A stretch of 64,000 nt of DNA from a virus, in the IMG/VR virus record IMGVR_UViG_3300042465_009257, positions 109,359-173,358 of that record; one strand, written 5' to 3'. Position 1 is the first letter of the stretch. Each line of letters opens with the position of its first letter. The translations under genes were made by a program, and so were the position numbers. Under the pieces are notes generated by a model that was given only the letters and a program-made list of their open reading frames with translations, did no database searches and had not been told where the DNA came from. Below, in pieces: positions 30,859-40,489 of this stretch.

Positions 30859-31983
30859 TTACCAGAGGAGACCGACGATAGCCTTGTCGAGACCAACCAA
30901 CCAGCCTTCTTCGGTGAAACCGTAGTAGCCCATTTTCTCAGAGCGGGCAAGGTGTTGGTCATCAACCAGAAGCTGGAAGGTAGAACCGTTGGTATCAGCG
31001 TTGATCACGCGGGCGAAAGCACCGAGGGACTTGTCAATACCGATTACGAGTTCATCAGTCGCCACGGTCCAAGCAGGAGCGCCGCCGCCAACCGCATTAT
31101 ACTTCTGGCGGAAGAGTTCGTTATAGACCTGACCAACGCCCATTTCGTTGAGTTCGTGGAGGGTTTTACCGTAGATTTCGGTGGCACCACCGTTACGGTA
31201 GATTTCCATCCGCATTTCATCAGGAAGACCGAGAGCAGTGGACTCAGCGCTATCAGGAACGCCAGTGGTGTTCATTGGGTTGTAGGTCATCTTGCGGATC
31301 TGTTCCATAGTCTCTGGGGAGATATAGAGATCAGTAAGACCGGAACCGGCAGAACGGGAGGTCCCGTTAGCCCAGGAACTGTTCAGGCGCTTGATTTTGG
31401 TCATCAAACGATTGACATCGTCAAGCTGGAACTGGCGGGCAGTGCTGTTGGTTTTCGCGGTTGAGGCGATAACGTGGGACTGATTTGCGGTACGAGCAGC
31501 GCCAAGGGCGTCAGCCAAAACCGTGAAGGCGTTGAACTGGCTCTTAACCATGATTTCGTCCATCAAGCGCATCAGGCCGCGCTCCACAACTTTCATACGA
31601 GCATCAGCGGCGTAGGACTTATTCCAAGCAATCGCGGAATCCATACGGGAAGTCCGGAAGCGGAAGCTGTCAAAGCCAGAGATTTCGTTGTAAGCTAGAC
31701 CACCGGGATAACCGTTGGACCAGACGCGGAAGGCACCTTCACCGACTCCATAATAGAGATCGATTGGGATTTCAGGGACATCGCGGCCCGTATAAACTTC
31801 CACTTCCGTGAAAATATCGTTAGCGACATTGAGGGGTTCTAGAACACGGGAGAGGGACGAACTCATGATAGAAGCAAAAGCTTCTTGAGCGGCGTCGGCA
31901 ACCGACTTGTTGGTGGAGCCGGAATCGCGGAGGAGTTGAAGAGTCTTCGCTTCCGCTTCCTTGGTTTTGAATTGAATAGCCAT
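30859..31983 (-). CDS. major capsid protein (HK97 fold expected)
   Basis: 374 aa after protease/scaffold and decoration genes; strong codon bias; followed by a terminator. Confidence 0.75.
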   Translation of the reverse strand: MAIQFKTKEAEAKTLQLLRDSGSTNKSVADAAQEAFASIMSSSLSRVLEPLNVANDIFTEVEVYTGRDVPEIPIDLYYGVGEGAFRVWSNGYPGGLAYNEISGFDSFRFRTSRMDSAIAWNKSYAADARMKVVERGLMRLMDEIMVKSQFNAFTVLADALGAARTANQSHVIASTAKTNSTARQFQLDDVNRLMTKIKRLNSSWANGTSRSAGSGLTDLYISPETMEQIRKMTYNPMNTTGVPDSAESTALGLPDEMRMEIYRNGGATEIYGKTLHELNEMGVGQVYNELFRQKYNAVGGGAPAWTVATDELVIGIDKSLGAFARVINADTNGSTFQLLVDDQHLARSEKMGYYGFTEEGWLVGLDKAIVGLLW

Positions 31984-32009
31984 ATTAGTATTTTTTCAGG
32001 ATTTGAAGA

Positions 32010-32612
32010 TTAGAGTTCAAGTTTGAAGAGGGCGTAACCATCAGCGTCAGCGCCTTCAAGGAACTTTCCAACGATTCCTGGGAAAAGGGTTTTATTATAT
32101 ACACAAGGAACGAGAGAGCCATTGTTAACATAAGCACCAGAGTTAAAAGCAGCGACACCAGTGATATTGTTAACAGAGAAGATTCCCTTGGTTACGATCT
32201 TGAGACCTTCGCCAGAGAGAACCACTTGGGCTTCATTGCGTTTGTCCCGACCTTGGTAAGCGTAGTTGACGCCATAGTCGTCATTTTCAACGCAGTCAAC
32301 GAGGGTCATCCCGAGAACGACTTCACCAGAGTTCGCGGCGCGAACTTTATTCCCACCAATACCGAAACGGAGGGAGGTAGCGTAAACGGGAGCGTTGCCC
32401 CAATTGCCAAGAGCGCCAACGAAAGGAACAACAGGAGTTAACCCAGTACCAGTGAGGTTGACATTAGGATTGCCGGATGACACCGTTACGGTGACAAAAG
32501 ATCCCTTATAAAGAGGGATTGTGGTTGCGGAGTATAGTCCATTGACTACATCATGTTCGGAGTACGAACGGAAAGCTTTCAAATCGATAGCTCTAGAGTG
32601 GGCGATTGCCAT
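32010..32612 (-). CDS. capsid decoration/cement protein
   Basis: 200 aa beta-rich protein between scaffold and capsid genes. Confidence 0.6.
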   Translation of the reverse strand: MAIAHSRAIDLKAFRSYSEHDVVNGLYSATTIPLYKGSFVTVTVSSGNPNVNLTGTGLTPVVPFVGALGNWGNAPVYATSLRFGIGGNKVRAANSGEVVLGMTLVDCVENDDYGVNYAYQGRDKRNEAQVVLSGEGLKIVTKGIFSVNNITGVAAFNSGAYVNNGSLVPCVYNKTLFPGIVGKFLEGADADGYALFKLEL

Positions 32613-32642
32613 TTTAGTTTAGTGTTAGTTGTTGATTATTAA

Positions 32643-34964
32643 TTAAGCCTTGATTTCGATTAAGTCCGATAAATCAAGAATATTAAATTTTGGTTTGTCC
32701 GCGAGATCTTGAGCATTTGGCAGATCTTCAACGGAAGCTTTCGCTTCTTTCATAAGTTCTGTAGCTTGTTCAATATTTACAGGAGTTTTTTCTTTCTCTT
32801 TACCCGCAAGGATAACGAGTCCGTCCTCTTGTTTCCAAGATTCAAAAGCCGCTTCATCTAGGTCACGGATTTGTTTGGCGATAAGGGAACGAAGTTTTGG
32901 ATCTTCGACATTGTAAACCTCTGAAAGAGAGTTAAAACGTGCGTCAAAAATATCTTGAGCAGCTTGTGCGGCAGCTTGAGCTTCAACTTCGGCAAGACGA
33001 GCGGAAAGCTCTTCAAACTTGGCTTTGGCTTCAGTAGCGTCGGAAAGAGCAGCAGCAAGGCTGGCTTCACTTTCAGCTTTCAAAGTTTGTTCAGTGACGT
33101 AAAGCTCATTGGCCTTAGCGATCTCCGAAGTAATAAAGTCACAGACGGCCTTGGACGCGAACGCCTCGGAGTCTACTCCTTCAATTGCGGCGATAGCCGA
33201 TTTTAGATCTGTAATTTTCATAGGTTGGTTAATAGGAGTTACAATAGGTTTATTAGATGAGGAAATTTTATTTTCACTTTTTTTAATATTTTTTCCAGCA
33301 TAAGATTCCTCTACTTCTTTGGCACTTGCTAGCGTTGGATCAATGCGTAAAAGTTCTGCTTGGGAAAACTCTTTTTCACCATCCCATTCGTAGTCATCCC
33401 CTTGAGCCTTTTTATAGGCATCTTTATCTGGATAGTCATCACTACCTGGCTTTGCAGGTCTGTAATTCTTGCCCATTTTCTTTTTCTTATCACGAATATT
33501 TTCCCAAAGACCTTTCTTCGCGGCCTCAATCTTTTCCATATCTTCCTCGTCTTCCATTTCTGATGGCTCTTGGCTATAAATGACATAGTCATGAATGCTA
33601 GAAACATAATCTTCTGCTAAAGCCGCCATCCCTTGTAGAAAAGGCTCAGAAAGGTTTTCTTTTACAACTGGATCATTAGCATAAGTTAAAATAGTTTCAG
33701 CGTGCTTTTGGATGGAAGAAATAGACCCAAGAACCATTTCCGCAAGATCTTCTTTTAGATCCATCATTTCTTCTTCTACGGAAGCGACAATTTCACTGAC
33801 AGGTTCGCCGCTCCACATTTTGCAACTCCAATAATTAGCTTTCCACTTTGGCCCAGGATTGACATCACAACCATGACGAGAACGGTAAGCTTTTCGACGA
33901 TCAGGATCATCCCGCTTAATTTCCATATTTGGGTCGCCGAACTTTACAGTAACGACATTCCCCTTATCATTTTTAACATAGACACCAAATTTCTTTTTTG
34001 ATCCAGATGGAAGACGGAAAGGTTTATTTAAAACTTTTTCAGCAGCAGAAACTTCAATTTCAAGTTCAATTTTAACCATCTTTTTGCCCTCTTCGTCATC
34101 ATCCTCCATTTCAGGAGATTCTTCTTCTGGTTCTTCCATCTCTGGTTCTTCCATTTCCATTTCTGGATCTTCCATTTCAGAATCGTCCATTTCCATATCA
34201 GGTTCTTTCATTTCCATATCATTTTTATAAGTCAAAATTCCTTTAACATCTGCCGCTGGTTGTAGAACCAAGCCCGCCCCAAGAATAGTAGGCTTTGAAA
34301 TTACCCTGTATAGTGATTGACCATCTGGTGTAATTCCTTTCCCACCGTTGCACCTTAAATATTTAGATAAGCTTTCAACTTCTTTTTCGTCTTCAATAAT
34401 TGTGGCATAAGCAAGATTCCTACTATTTAAAGCGATCTTATAGCTTTGGAATCCAACTTCGAAAGAGGTAGAAATGCTTTGATAATGTGGAGAATCTGGA
34501 TTATCACACTCTTCTACGATTTGATCAATATCTCCAATAACTCTCCAAATAACGGCAGAAGCGGCAAGGTTAAAGGGAGTGGAAAGACCCATCACTTCTT
34601 TTTCAGTCATTAATTTGCTATCAGCATAGCTGGAAAAAGATGCTGAGGTAAGACATCCTACTACTTCTTCTCGATTGTGTTCAATATTAAATTGTTTATA
34701 CTTAATATTCTTAGCCATTTCAATAATATCTGCTGTTAAAACAGCATCGTCATTTAAATTAGCTTGATTGGCTACAGCTAAATTAAAACTGACATAAAGT
34801 AAATCTGGATTTTTATCAATTTCTTCTTTGCTTGGGAGAAGACCGGATAAAGCGGAAATATCCCGCGCCGCTGAAGCAAAAGCGGAAAAACTCTCGAAGT
34901 CTTTGCGTTCCCGGTGTAAAATAGAAGCCTTCGAAGTAAAGGTCGTGCGATATTTAAAATCCAT
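32643..34964 (-). CDS. prohead protease/scaffold fusion with inserted basic modules
   Basis: NLNDD, NIEH and STSFEVGF protease-like motifs; acidic linker; C-terminal coiled coil. Confidence 0.7.
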   Translation of the reverse strand: MDFKYRTTFTSKASILHRERKDFESFSAFASAARDISALSGLLPSKEEIDKNPDLLYVSFNLAVANQANLNDDAVLTADIIEMAKNIKYKQFNIEHNREEVVGCLTSASFSSYADSKLMTEKEVMGLSTPFNLAASAVIWRVIGDIDQIVEECDNPDSPHYQSISTSFEVGFQSYKIALNSRNLAYATIIEDEKEVESLSKYLRCNGGKGITPDGQSLYRVISKPTILGAGLVLQPAADVKGILTYKNDMEMKEPDMEMDDSEMEDPEMEMEEPEMEEPEEESPEMEDDDEEGKKMVKIELEIEVSAAEKVLNKPFRLPSGSKKKFGVYVKNDKGNVVTVKFGDPNMEIKRDDPDRRKAYRSRHGCDVNPGPKWKANYWSCKMWSGEPVSEIVASVEEEMMDLKEDLAEMVLGSISSIQKHAETILTYANDPVVKENLSEPFLQGMAALAEDYVSSIHDYVIYSQEPSEMEDEEDMEKIEAAKKGLWENIRDKKKKMGKNYRPAKPGSDDYPDKDAYKKAQGDDYEWDGEKEFSQAELLRIDPTLASAKEVEESYAGKNIKKSENKISSSNKPIVTPINQPMKITDLKSAIAAIEGVDSEAFASKAVCDFITSEIAKANELYVTEQTLKAESEASLAAALSDATEAKAKFEELSARLAEVEAQAAAQAAQDIFDARFNSLSEVYNVEDPKLRSLIAKQIRDLDEAAFESWKQEDGLVILAGKEKEKTPVNIEQATELMKEAKASVEDLPNAQDLADKPKFNILDLSDLIEIKA

Positions 34965-34973
34965 ATATTTTTG

Positions 34974-35000
34974 TTACAATCAAATGTAAAAAAAAGGAAA
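34974..35000 (-). promoter_or_regulatory. late promoter TTTCC-N17-TGTAA
   Basis: Exact match upstream of the head operon. Confidence 0.75.
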
Positions 35001-35849
35001 TTAAAATTTCACAACTAAATCTTGATCTGAAAATATTGGCCGAATCAATTTGTTTCCAATACAATCTAAATCATTAATTTTGAAATCACCTTTATTTAAA
35101 AAGAAATAAATATCTGAGAAGACATTAAATTTCGCCGCAGATTTAGGCAGTTCCGATAACGCGATAAATACAGAATCTCCTCCATTCCCAGAAATCGACA
35201 GATTTGAAAATCGATTGTAGTTTGAATGTCTCATAAAAATTCCTTCCTTTTTATTCCCATTAATAGAGCTATAAAGAATAGTATTCTTATCAAAATTTAA
35301 GTCTAAGCTAATCCCTGCGGCCTCATTCTGCGTAGATTCTAAATTATATAATAAACATCCTTCTGATTCATAACCTGCGACTCCATCGAAAAAGTTTTCG
35401 CTGAATACTGAGTTTAGTACAGCAACCCGCCGCGAACCTCTTTCTAAAACCAAGCCGCCCGACCGGCAATTCCGTACCGAGACATTGCTTATAATCACAT
35501 TGTCAGCGTTTCTCACGGAAATTCCGTTATTCCTAATATGGCCGCGCTTTTCAATTTCAAATTGCTGATTGGCTTTATTTCCATCTATCTCAACACCATA
35601 GATAAAAATGTCACGGCTGACCGTGGGAAAATCTTCGTCCGACCCCGCAATTATGACTGGGCAATTCGCGCCGCTTTCAAGGTAAAGTGTGGAGTTATCG
35701 CCGATCAAACTCTGTCCGGATTTCAGGATAATAGGAGTTTTGACGATGGTTACTCCGGGTGGAAGAAAAATTGTATTTGCGTCTGCGCCTACAGGCTTAT
35801 AAGACGGGAACAGGCAAAAAATAAGAATAGCTACAATGGAGGCTTTCAT
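35001..35849 (-). CDS. right-handed beta-helix (pectin lyase-like) protein with signal peptide
   Basis: IDGNKANQ motif and N..DGI-type repeats; hydrophobic N-terminus. Confidence 0.7.
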   Translation of the reverse strand: MKASIVAILIFCLFPSYKPVGADANTIFLPPGVTIVKTPIILKSGQSLIGDNSTLYLESGANCPVIIAGSDEDFPTVSRDIFIYGVEIDGNKANQQFEIEKRGHIRNNGISVRNADNVIISNVSVRNCRSGGLVLERGSRRVAVLNSVFSENFFDGVAGYESEGCLLYNLESTQNEAAGISLDLNFDKNTILYSSINGNKKEGIFMRHSNYNRFSNLSISGNGGDSVFIALSELPKSAAKFNVFSDIYFFLNKGDFKINDLDCIGNKLIRPIFSDQDLVVKF

Positions 35850-37123
35850 GATGTTATTTTAATTTTAGATATCAGAGTCCATTTTTTATAATGGTTCGCA
35901 TTGTCACACACAATTCTTCTTAACCCCTGATAGTTAAGATTGTGGTCTTTAGCGAATTGATAAACATTTTCAAATTCATATTCTTTTCCCTCTGGAGATC
36001 TGACTTTGAATAAAAACCTATTGCCGTTCTTACCCAAAAACCAACCAGATAAAGAGTCTATTTCCTTGGAAATAAGAAGTCTTAAATCAGATGAATTAAG
36101 CCCATGATCCAAGGAAAATTTATCAATATTGTCAACTCTAAAGGATATCTTATCTGGTGACGTAACATACTTTTTCATAACAATTTCTGCTCCTGCGATT
36201 CTTGTCCATCCATCAATAACATTAATTTTTCCTTCAAAGAGATGGTAAATACTTCTCCATGGCACATCATACTCTTCCGCAAACTTAATAATAGATTCAA
36301 ACTTAACTACACCAAAACTATCTTTAAATAGGGAAAACTGATTTCTGGGGATTTCAATTCCTGGTAATGTCCACCCCTTAGCTTCCATGAAAGTAGATTT
36401 TAACACTGAAGTGACAGAAACGGGACTTAAATGGTTTTCTTTGCAAAATTTTCTAATATTCGAAAATGAATGAATTCTTCCATCAGGCGACTTTAATTTA
36501 TAAATTGGAATATCAGTTTCTGGTAGACTCCATCCCTTATGTTTCTTTCTTACCCCACTTATGACTGAATTAACTTTAGATTCGATAAGTCCGTGAATTT
36601 GAGAAAAACGACGAACGCTTGTAGAAAACTCATGAATTTTTCCTTCTGGATCTTTTAATTTAATTGTAGATCCACCTCTTCTTTCCATCGCTCGAAGATC
36701 ACACTCCTCTTGAGTAAGAATTTTTCCATATCCCGCAGAATATGTTGATCTACACAAATTCATTCCATTGCCTGTCCAAGGAAATGGCTGTAGCAAATCA
36801 AGGTAAGTTTGTTCAACTGTTGTTACCGCTTCTGGATTTTGAATAGATTCAAGAAGATACCAAGCGAAGCTAGAACCATATTTTTCATACTCAGCCTGAA
36901 GAACACGATTCTCATGCTTTTTATTTTTTAGCAAGCGTATATGATTTCTCAATCTTTTTTTAATATTAGTAGAACTTCCAATATAGACTCTTCCAGTTTT
37001 AACTGACAGGCAAGCATAAACTCCGCACATACAAGTTTTAAGAAAACCCTCTTTAAAAATATCGAAACCTTCTGCTATTAATAGCACAGGTTCAATTTCA
37101 ATGTCCATTAAATCAAATATCAT
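35846..37123 (-). CDS. GIY-YIG homing endonuclease with repeated DNA-binding modules
   Basis: GVY...VYIGSS...R...H...H.N..LQ; repeated SPDG..H.F.N...F....L.....KGW units. Confidence 0.85.
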   Translation of the reverse strand: MIFDLMDIEIEPVLLIAEGFDIFKEGFLKTCMCGVYACLSVKTGRVYIGSSTNIKKRLRNHIRLLKNKKHENRVLQAEYEKYGSSFAWYLLESIQNPEAVTTVEQTYLDLLQPFPWTGNGMNLCRSTYSAGYGKILTQEECDLRAMERRGGSTIKLKDPEGKIHEFSTSVRRFSQIHGLIESKVNSVISGVRKKHKGWSLPETDIPIYKLKSPDGRIHSFSNIRKFCKENHLSPVSVTSVLKSTFMEAKGWTLPGIEIPRNQFSLFKDSFGVVKFESIIKFAEEYDVPWRSIYHLFEGKINVIDGWTRIAGAEIVMKKYVTSPDKISFRVDNIDKFSLDHGLNSSDLRLLISKEIDSLSGWFLGKNGNRFLFKVRSPEGKEYEFENVYQFAKDHNLNYQGLRRIVCDNANHYKKWTLISKIKITS

Positions 37124-37773
37124 TAACCTTTTTTAAATAAAGCTGCTTCAGCACGGCGACGACGACGTAAACCAGGGTGTCCGCTTTGAGGGTCATCGCT
37201 CGGCCAGACCCGTTGCATAGCTAAAAACTGAGTCGTGATTTTATCAACCTTTTCCCCCAAATCAATATTAGATTTAAGGATTGTAGCTATATTTTTCATT
37301 TCTACCCTACGTGAACCTTCTAATAGAGTTCCGCGATTAAAAACTAAACTTGTCAAAACTCCACGCTGATTAGGAGTCAGAAGCTCAAGGCCAGGAAAAG
37401 TGTCATAAGCTTTTTTCGTCCATTTCGGAACAATGCATCTATCAAAGACTTCCCGCGCCTGAATTTTTGTGATTGGAGTAATTCCACGAAAACGAGATTC
37501 AATAGCCTCTGCCGCCGCCCCTTTTTTCCCAATAGCAGTTAAAAGTAAATTAAAATCCTGTAGAGATAAATGCTGCTTCCAATAGTCTGTAAATTCTGCT
37601 ACTGTAGTATAACCTAAATCTACTCCATATCCTAAAGTAATTCCAGAGTCGCCAGGGGGTCTCTTCCAAGGTTGGTCGATTCCTTCAAATTCTAAAATGA
37701 GATCAATTGATTCTTTTCCGATTATCATAGTTTTTTCTTTGCGCGAAAATAGATTATTAAGCCACTTCCACAT
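37123..37773 (-). CDS. endolysin, lysozyme/pesticin-like muramidase
   Basis: LEFEG, SGITLGYGVDLG, SLVFNRG and GLRRRRRAEAALF motifs. Confidence 0.85.
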   Translation of the reverse strand: MWKWLNNLFSRKEKTMIIGKESIDLILEFEGIDQPWKRPPGDSGITLGYGVDLGYTTVAEFTDYWKQHLSLQDFNLLLTAIGKKGAAAEAIESRFRGITPITKIQAREVFDRCIVPKWTKKAYDTFPGLELLTPNQRGVLTSLVFNRGTLLEGSRRVEMKNIATILKSNIDLGEKVDKITTQFLAMQRVWPSDDPQSGHPGLRRRRRAEAALFKKG

Positions 37774-37786
37774 AATTTTTAATTAG

Positions 37787-38161
37787 TTATCGAACTCCCG
37801 CTTTAAATTTATCAGATAAAACGACAAAATGAACTGCTGCTTCCGAAGTCAGATAAATTTTGCCGCTTGGTTCAATGGTTACGCCCTCGCCAGATAGAAT
37901 CGGCGGAATTTCCTTTGTGCCTAATAGAGCAACAAGAGATTCATATCTCGTTAAAGCCTTATTGGTAATAAGAAATCCTTTTCCTTCCACGTATTCAATA
38001 ATGCCAGAGTTCTGGGTATTCTCGTCCCAAGAGGGTTGTTCCTCTACAATACGTGGTGGAATAATCGTTTTAATATCCGCCGCTTTACAAGCGACAAAAA
38101 CGAAACTAGCCAGAAACGCGAATACGCAATTGATCCAAAGCTTCTTGTTTTTGTTTTTCAT
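37787..38161 (-). CDS. putative o-spanin lipoprotein
   Basis: Lipobox VFVA-C; overlaps the preceding gene in another frame. Confidence 0.6.
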   Translation of the reverse strand: MKNKNKKLWINCVFAFLASFVFVACKAADIKTIIPPRIVEEQPSWDENTQNSGIIEYVEGKGFLITNKALTRYESLVALLGTKEIPPILSGEGVTIEPSGKIYLTSEAAVHFVVLSDKFKAGVR

Positions 38162-38357
38162 TTCCAGTATTGATTATTTTGACAAGATTTTCTGCGCTGT
38201 CCTTGGCCTTAATATCCTCTATTTGTTCTGCACGTTTAACTTGTTCATCTGTATTCTTCTTTTTAAACTCTTCTACTTTGAGATCCTCTTTCGATTTTCT
38301 AATTCCAAAAAATTTATCAATAATAGAGAGAACGGCGGCAACGATACTAGTCCACAT
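38106..38357 (-). CDS. putative i-spanin
   Basis: N-terminal hydrophobic helix plus coiled coil; overlaps the lipoprotein gene. Confidence 0.55.
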   Translation of the reverse strand: MWTSIVAAVLSIIDKFFGIRKSKEDLKVEEFKKKNTDEQVKRAEQIEDIKAKDSAENLVKIINTGNEKQKQEALDQLRIRVSG

Positions 38358-38360
38358 GAA

Positions 38361-38792
38361 TTAAATATATTTTTGAGAAGAAAGGCTTAAGCCAAGCGCA
38401 ATTTCATTAATTAGCTTTGCAGCTTTTACTACATCGTCATCAGAAAGTCCCTTGGTTGTGGATTCATAATAACTCCCCAAGGTCGCGGCAAGTACAACCC
38501 AATGGGGTTTATCAGGAAGACTATTCATAACAAACTGTTCCAAATCTTCACGGGTTGGCTTTGCGTCAAAAGTGATGCCCTTAAGTTTTTCAGAAAGATT
38601 AAAAACAATCCTAGCTTTTTCGATGCGATCTTCGTCAGATACAGCTTTTTCAAAGATTACAGAAGAAATTAATGCCGCAGTAGGAGCAACGAGAATTTGA
38701 TTATCGGTGACAGAGTCAATGACCTTACGGTAGGTCGTGCAAGAAGTAAATAAAAGTGAGGTCGCTAGTGCGGCGAGGATTGCGGTTTTCAT
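38361..38792 (-). CDS. lipoprotein in the lysis cassette
   Basis: MKTAILAALATSLLFTS-C lipobox. Confidence 0.65.
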   Translation of the reverse strand: MKTAILAALATSLLFTSCTTYRKVIDSVTDNQILVAPTAALISSVIFEKAVSDEDRIEKARIVFNLSEKLKGITFDAKPTREDLEQFVMNSLPDKPHWVVLAATLGSYYESTTKGLSDDDVVKAAKLINEIALGLSLSSQKYI

Positions 38793-38796
38793 ATAA

Positions 38797-39126
38797 TTAA
38801 TTAATCTTTTTCTGGTTTACGTCCGATTCATCAGACATTAATTCCTTCTTACCTTCTGGTTGATTTTCAGTAAGTACTTCTTTGATTACATCTTTTTCTA
38901 CTAAAGTCTCTGGGCGAGATTGAGCGGCGAAGAAAAGACCGGCTGCGAGACTCATCTCTTTTAAGAAATTAGCCATCCCTACGAGGAAAGTAGCGACATC
39001 TGGACCGAGAAAAGCTACAGACCCAGGATTGTTTGAAATCGAGTATGAGAGTAAAGCCACTAATCCGCACCACGATGTTAATGGATCACGCCGAAAGTTT
39101 GTCAGAAATTTAGTTAGAGACTCCAT
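38797..39126 (-). CDS. putative holin
   Basis: Likely ATG at 39126; two hydrophobic segments and a charged C-terminal tail; first gene of the lysis cassette. Confidence 0.55.
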   Translation of the reverse strand: MESLTKFLTNFRRDPLTSWCGLVALLSYSISNNPGSVAFLGPDVATFLVGMANFLKEMSLAAGLFFAAQSRPETLVEKDVIKEVLTENQPEGKKELMSDESDVNQKKIN

Positions 39127-39130
39127 AATT

Positions 39131-39328
39131 CTAGTTACAATAGTTTTTCGATTTAGGGAAATTATATTCACTCGGGGTATATATTGACCACCCTTTATAA
39201 AATTTCCGGTATCCGTTTAACATCCGTTTAAAAGGAGATTGAATTAAGAAGTGCGTTTTGCAAAACTCGTCAACATTTGAAACTAAAAATAAAATTCCCT
39301 TCGGACTGTGTAAAATTATAGATTTCAT
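39131..39328 (-). CDS. single endonuclease-type DNA-binding repeat (possible fragment)
   Basis: SPKG...NVDEFCKTH.L......LNG..K.YKGW matches the repeats of the adjacent GIY-YIG proteins. Confidence 0.55.
   Translation of the reverse strand: MKSIILHSPKGILFLVSNVDEFCKTHFLIQSPFKRMLNGYRKFYKGWSIYTPSEYNFPKSKNYCN
39135..39161 (-). promoter_or_regulatory. late promoter TTTCC-N17-TGTAA for the lysis cassette
   Basis: Exact match 8 nt before ATG 39126. Confidence 0.75.
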
Positions 39329-39330
39329 TA

Positions 39331-40461
39331 TTAATTATTTGAAAATTCAGACACTTTGAATCTATTAATTTCACTTAAAGTTGAAGAAAAACCTTTATGT
39401 TCTTTGTGAGAGCCATTAAAAATTTTAGCTAAATTTGATAGTGTTATATCGTTCTCTTCGCAAAAATGATAACGATTTTTAATCTTTACGAAATGCCCCT
39501 CCGAAGAAATTAAATACTCTGGATCGCTTGAAAGTTTCCACCCCTTATAAATTTTTACCTTGCCGTTTAAGACATTTAAAAGAGAACTACACACTAAATT
39601 ATGACGTTTTGCAAATTCTACGTTGTTGACAACTTTTAAAAGCTCTCCGTCAGGGCTTTCTATCCACGGATAAGAAGATTCTGGAAGAGGATTACCCCCT
39701 TTTAAGAACCAGCCACGGAATGAATCTCTTTTCCCTTTAAGTAAATCGTATACCTTATCTTTATGAAGCTTATATTTTTTAATAAAATCGCTTGCGACTG
39801 GCACACTGACCTCTTCACCAGTTGGAGAAACTAAAACAGGGATAGCTTGAAATTCTGATTCTGGTAATGTCCACCCACGATGGCTTTTTATCGAGCCGTT
39901 TGTTAAGTGAGATATTCCATTAGAAGAAATCCCGTGCTTGGAAGCAAAATTCTTAAATGATCCTGAAAATTCATGAGTGACTCCATTTGGGTCCCTAATC
40001 TTTACGGGGTCTAGACTCCCCCTCTTTTTTTGAAGGTAATCCAAACCTCTTTCCCTTTGTCTTGTTTTACCAGCAACCGTGCATATGTTAAATCCAGTCC
40101 CTTCGAATGGCAATAAAACGTCTAAAAATATCTGCTCCAAAGAAAATAGTTCATCTTTATCCTCGACTCGCACTAAAGCGTACCATACAAAAGAATCATT
40201 GCCATATTTGTTATAAGATCGTTGAAGGTAGGAATTACCATGAATATTCTTCCCCAAGAGTCTTTTATGACCATTTATCCTGCGTCTAATATCTGCGGAA
40301 CTCCCTATGTAAAATTTTCCATTTCCTTTACAGTAGGCTGCATACACTGCCATAAAAGTTCCGGAAGCTCTTTTCAAAAAGTCTTCTGAATCAGATAAAA
40401 TAACAAAAGGGTCTACCTCTAATGTTATTTGGTTCCAAAAATTAAAAACCTCGTTATTCAT
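39331..40461 (-). CDS. GIY-YIG homing endonuclease
   Basis: AVY...FYIGSS...R...H...HGNSYLQ; paralogue of 35846-37123. Confidence 0.85.
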   Translation of the reverse strand: MNNEVFNFWNQITLEVDPFVILSDSEDFLKRASGTFMAVYAAYCKGNGKFYIGSSADIRRRINGHKRLLGKNIHGNSYLQRSYNKYGNDSFVWYALVRVEDKDELFSLEQIFLDVLLPFEGTGFNICTVAGKTRQRERGLDYLQKKRGSLDPVKIRDPNGVTHEFSGSFKNFASKHGISSNGISHLTNGSIKSHRGWTLPESEFQAIPVLVSPTGEEVSVPVASDFIKKYKLHKDKVYDLLKGKRDSFRGWFLKGGNPLPESSYPWIESPDGELLKVVNNVEFAKRHNLVCSSLLNVLNGKVKIYKGWKLSSDPEYLISSEGHFVKIKNRYHFCEENDITLSNLAKIFNGSHKEHKGFSSTLSEINRFKVSEFSNN

Positions 40462-40489
40462 ATTTCACCGTTAATTTTCAGAAATAAGA

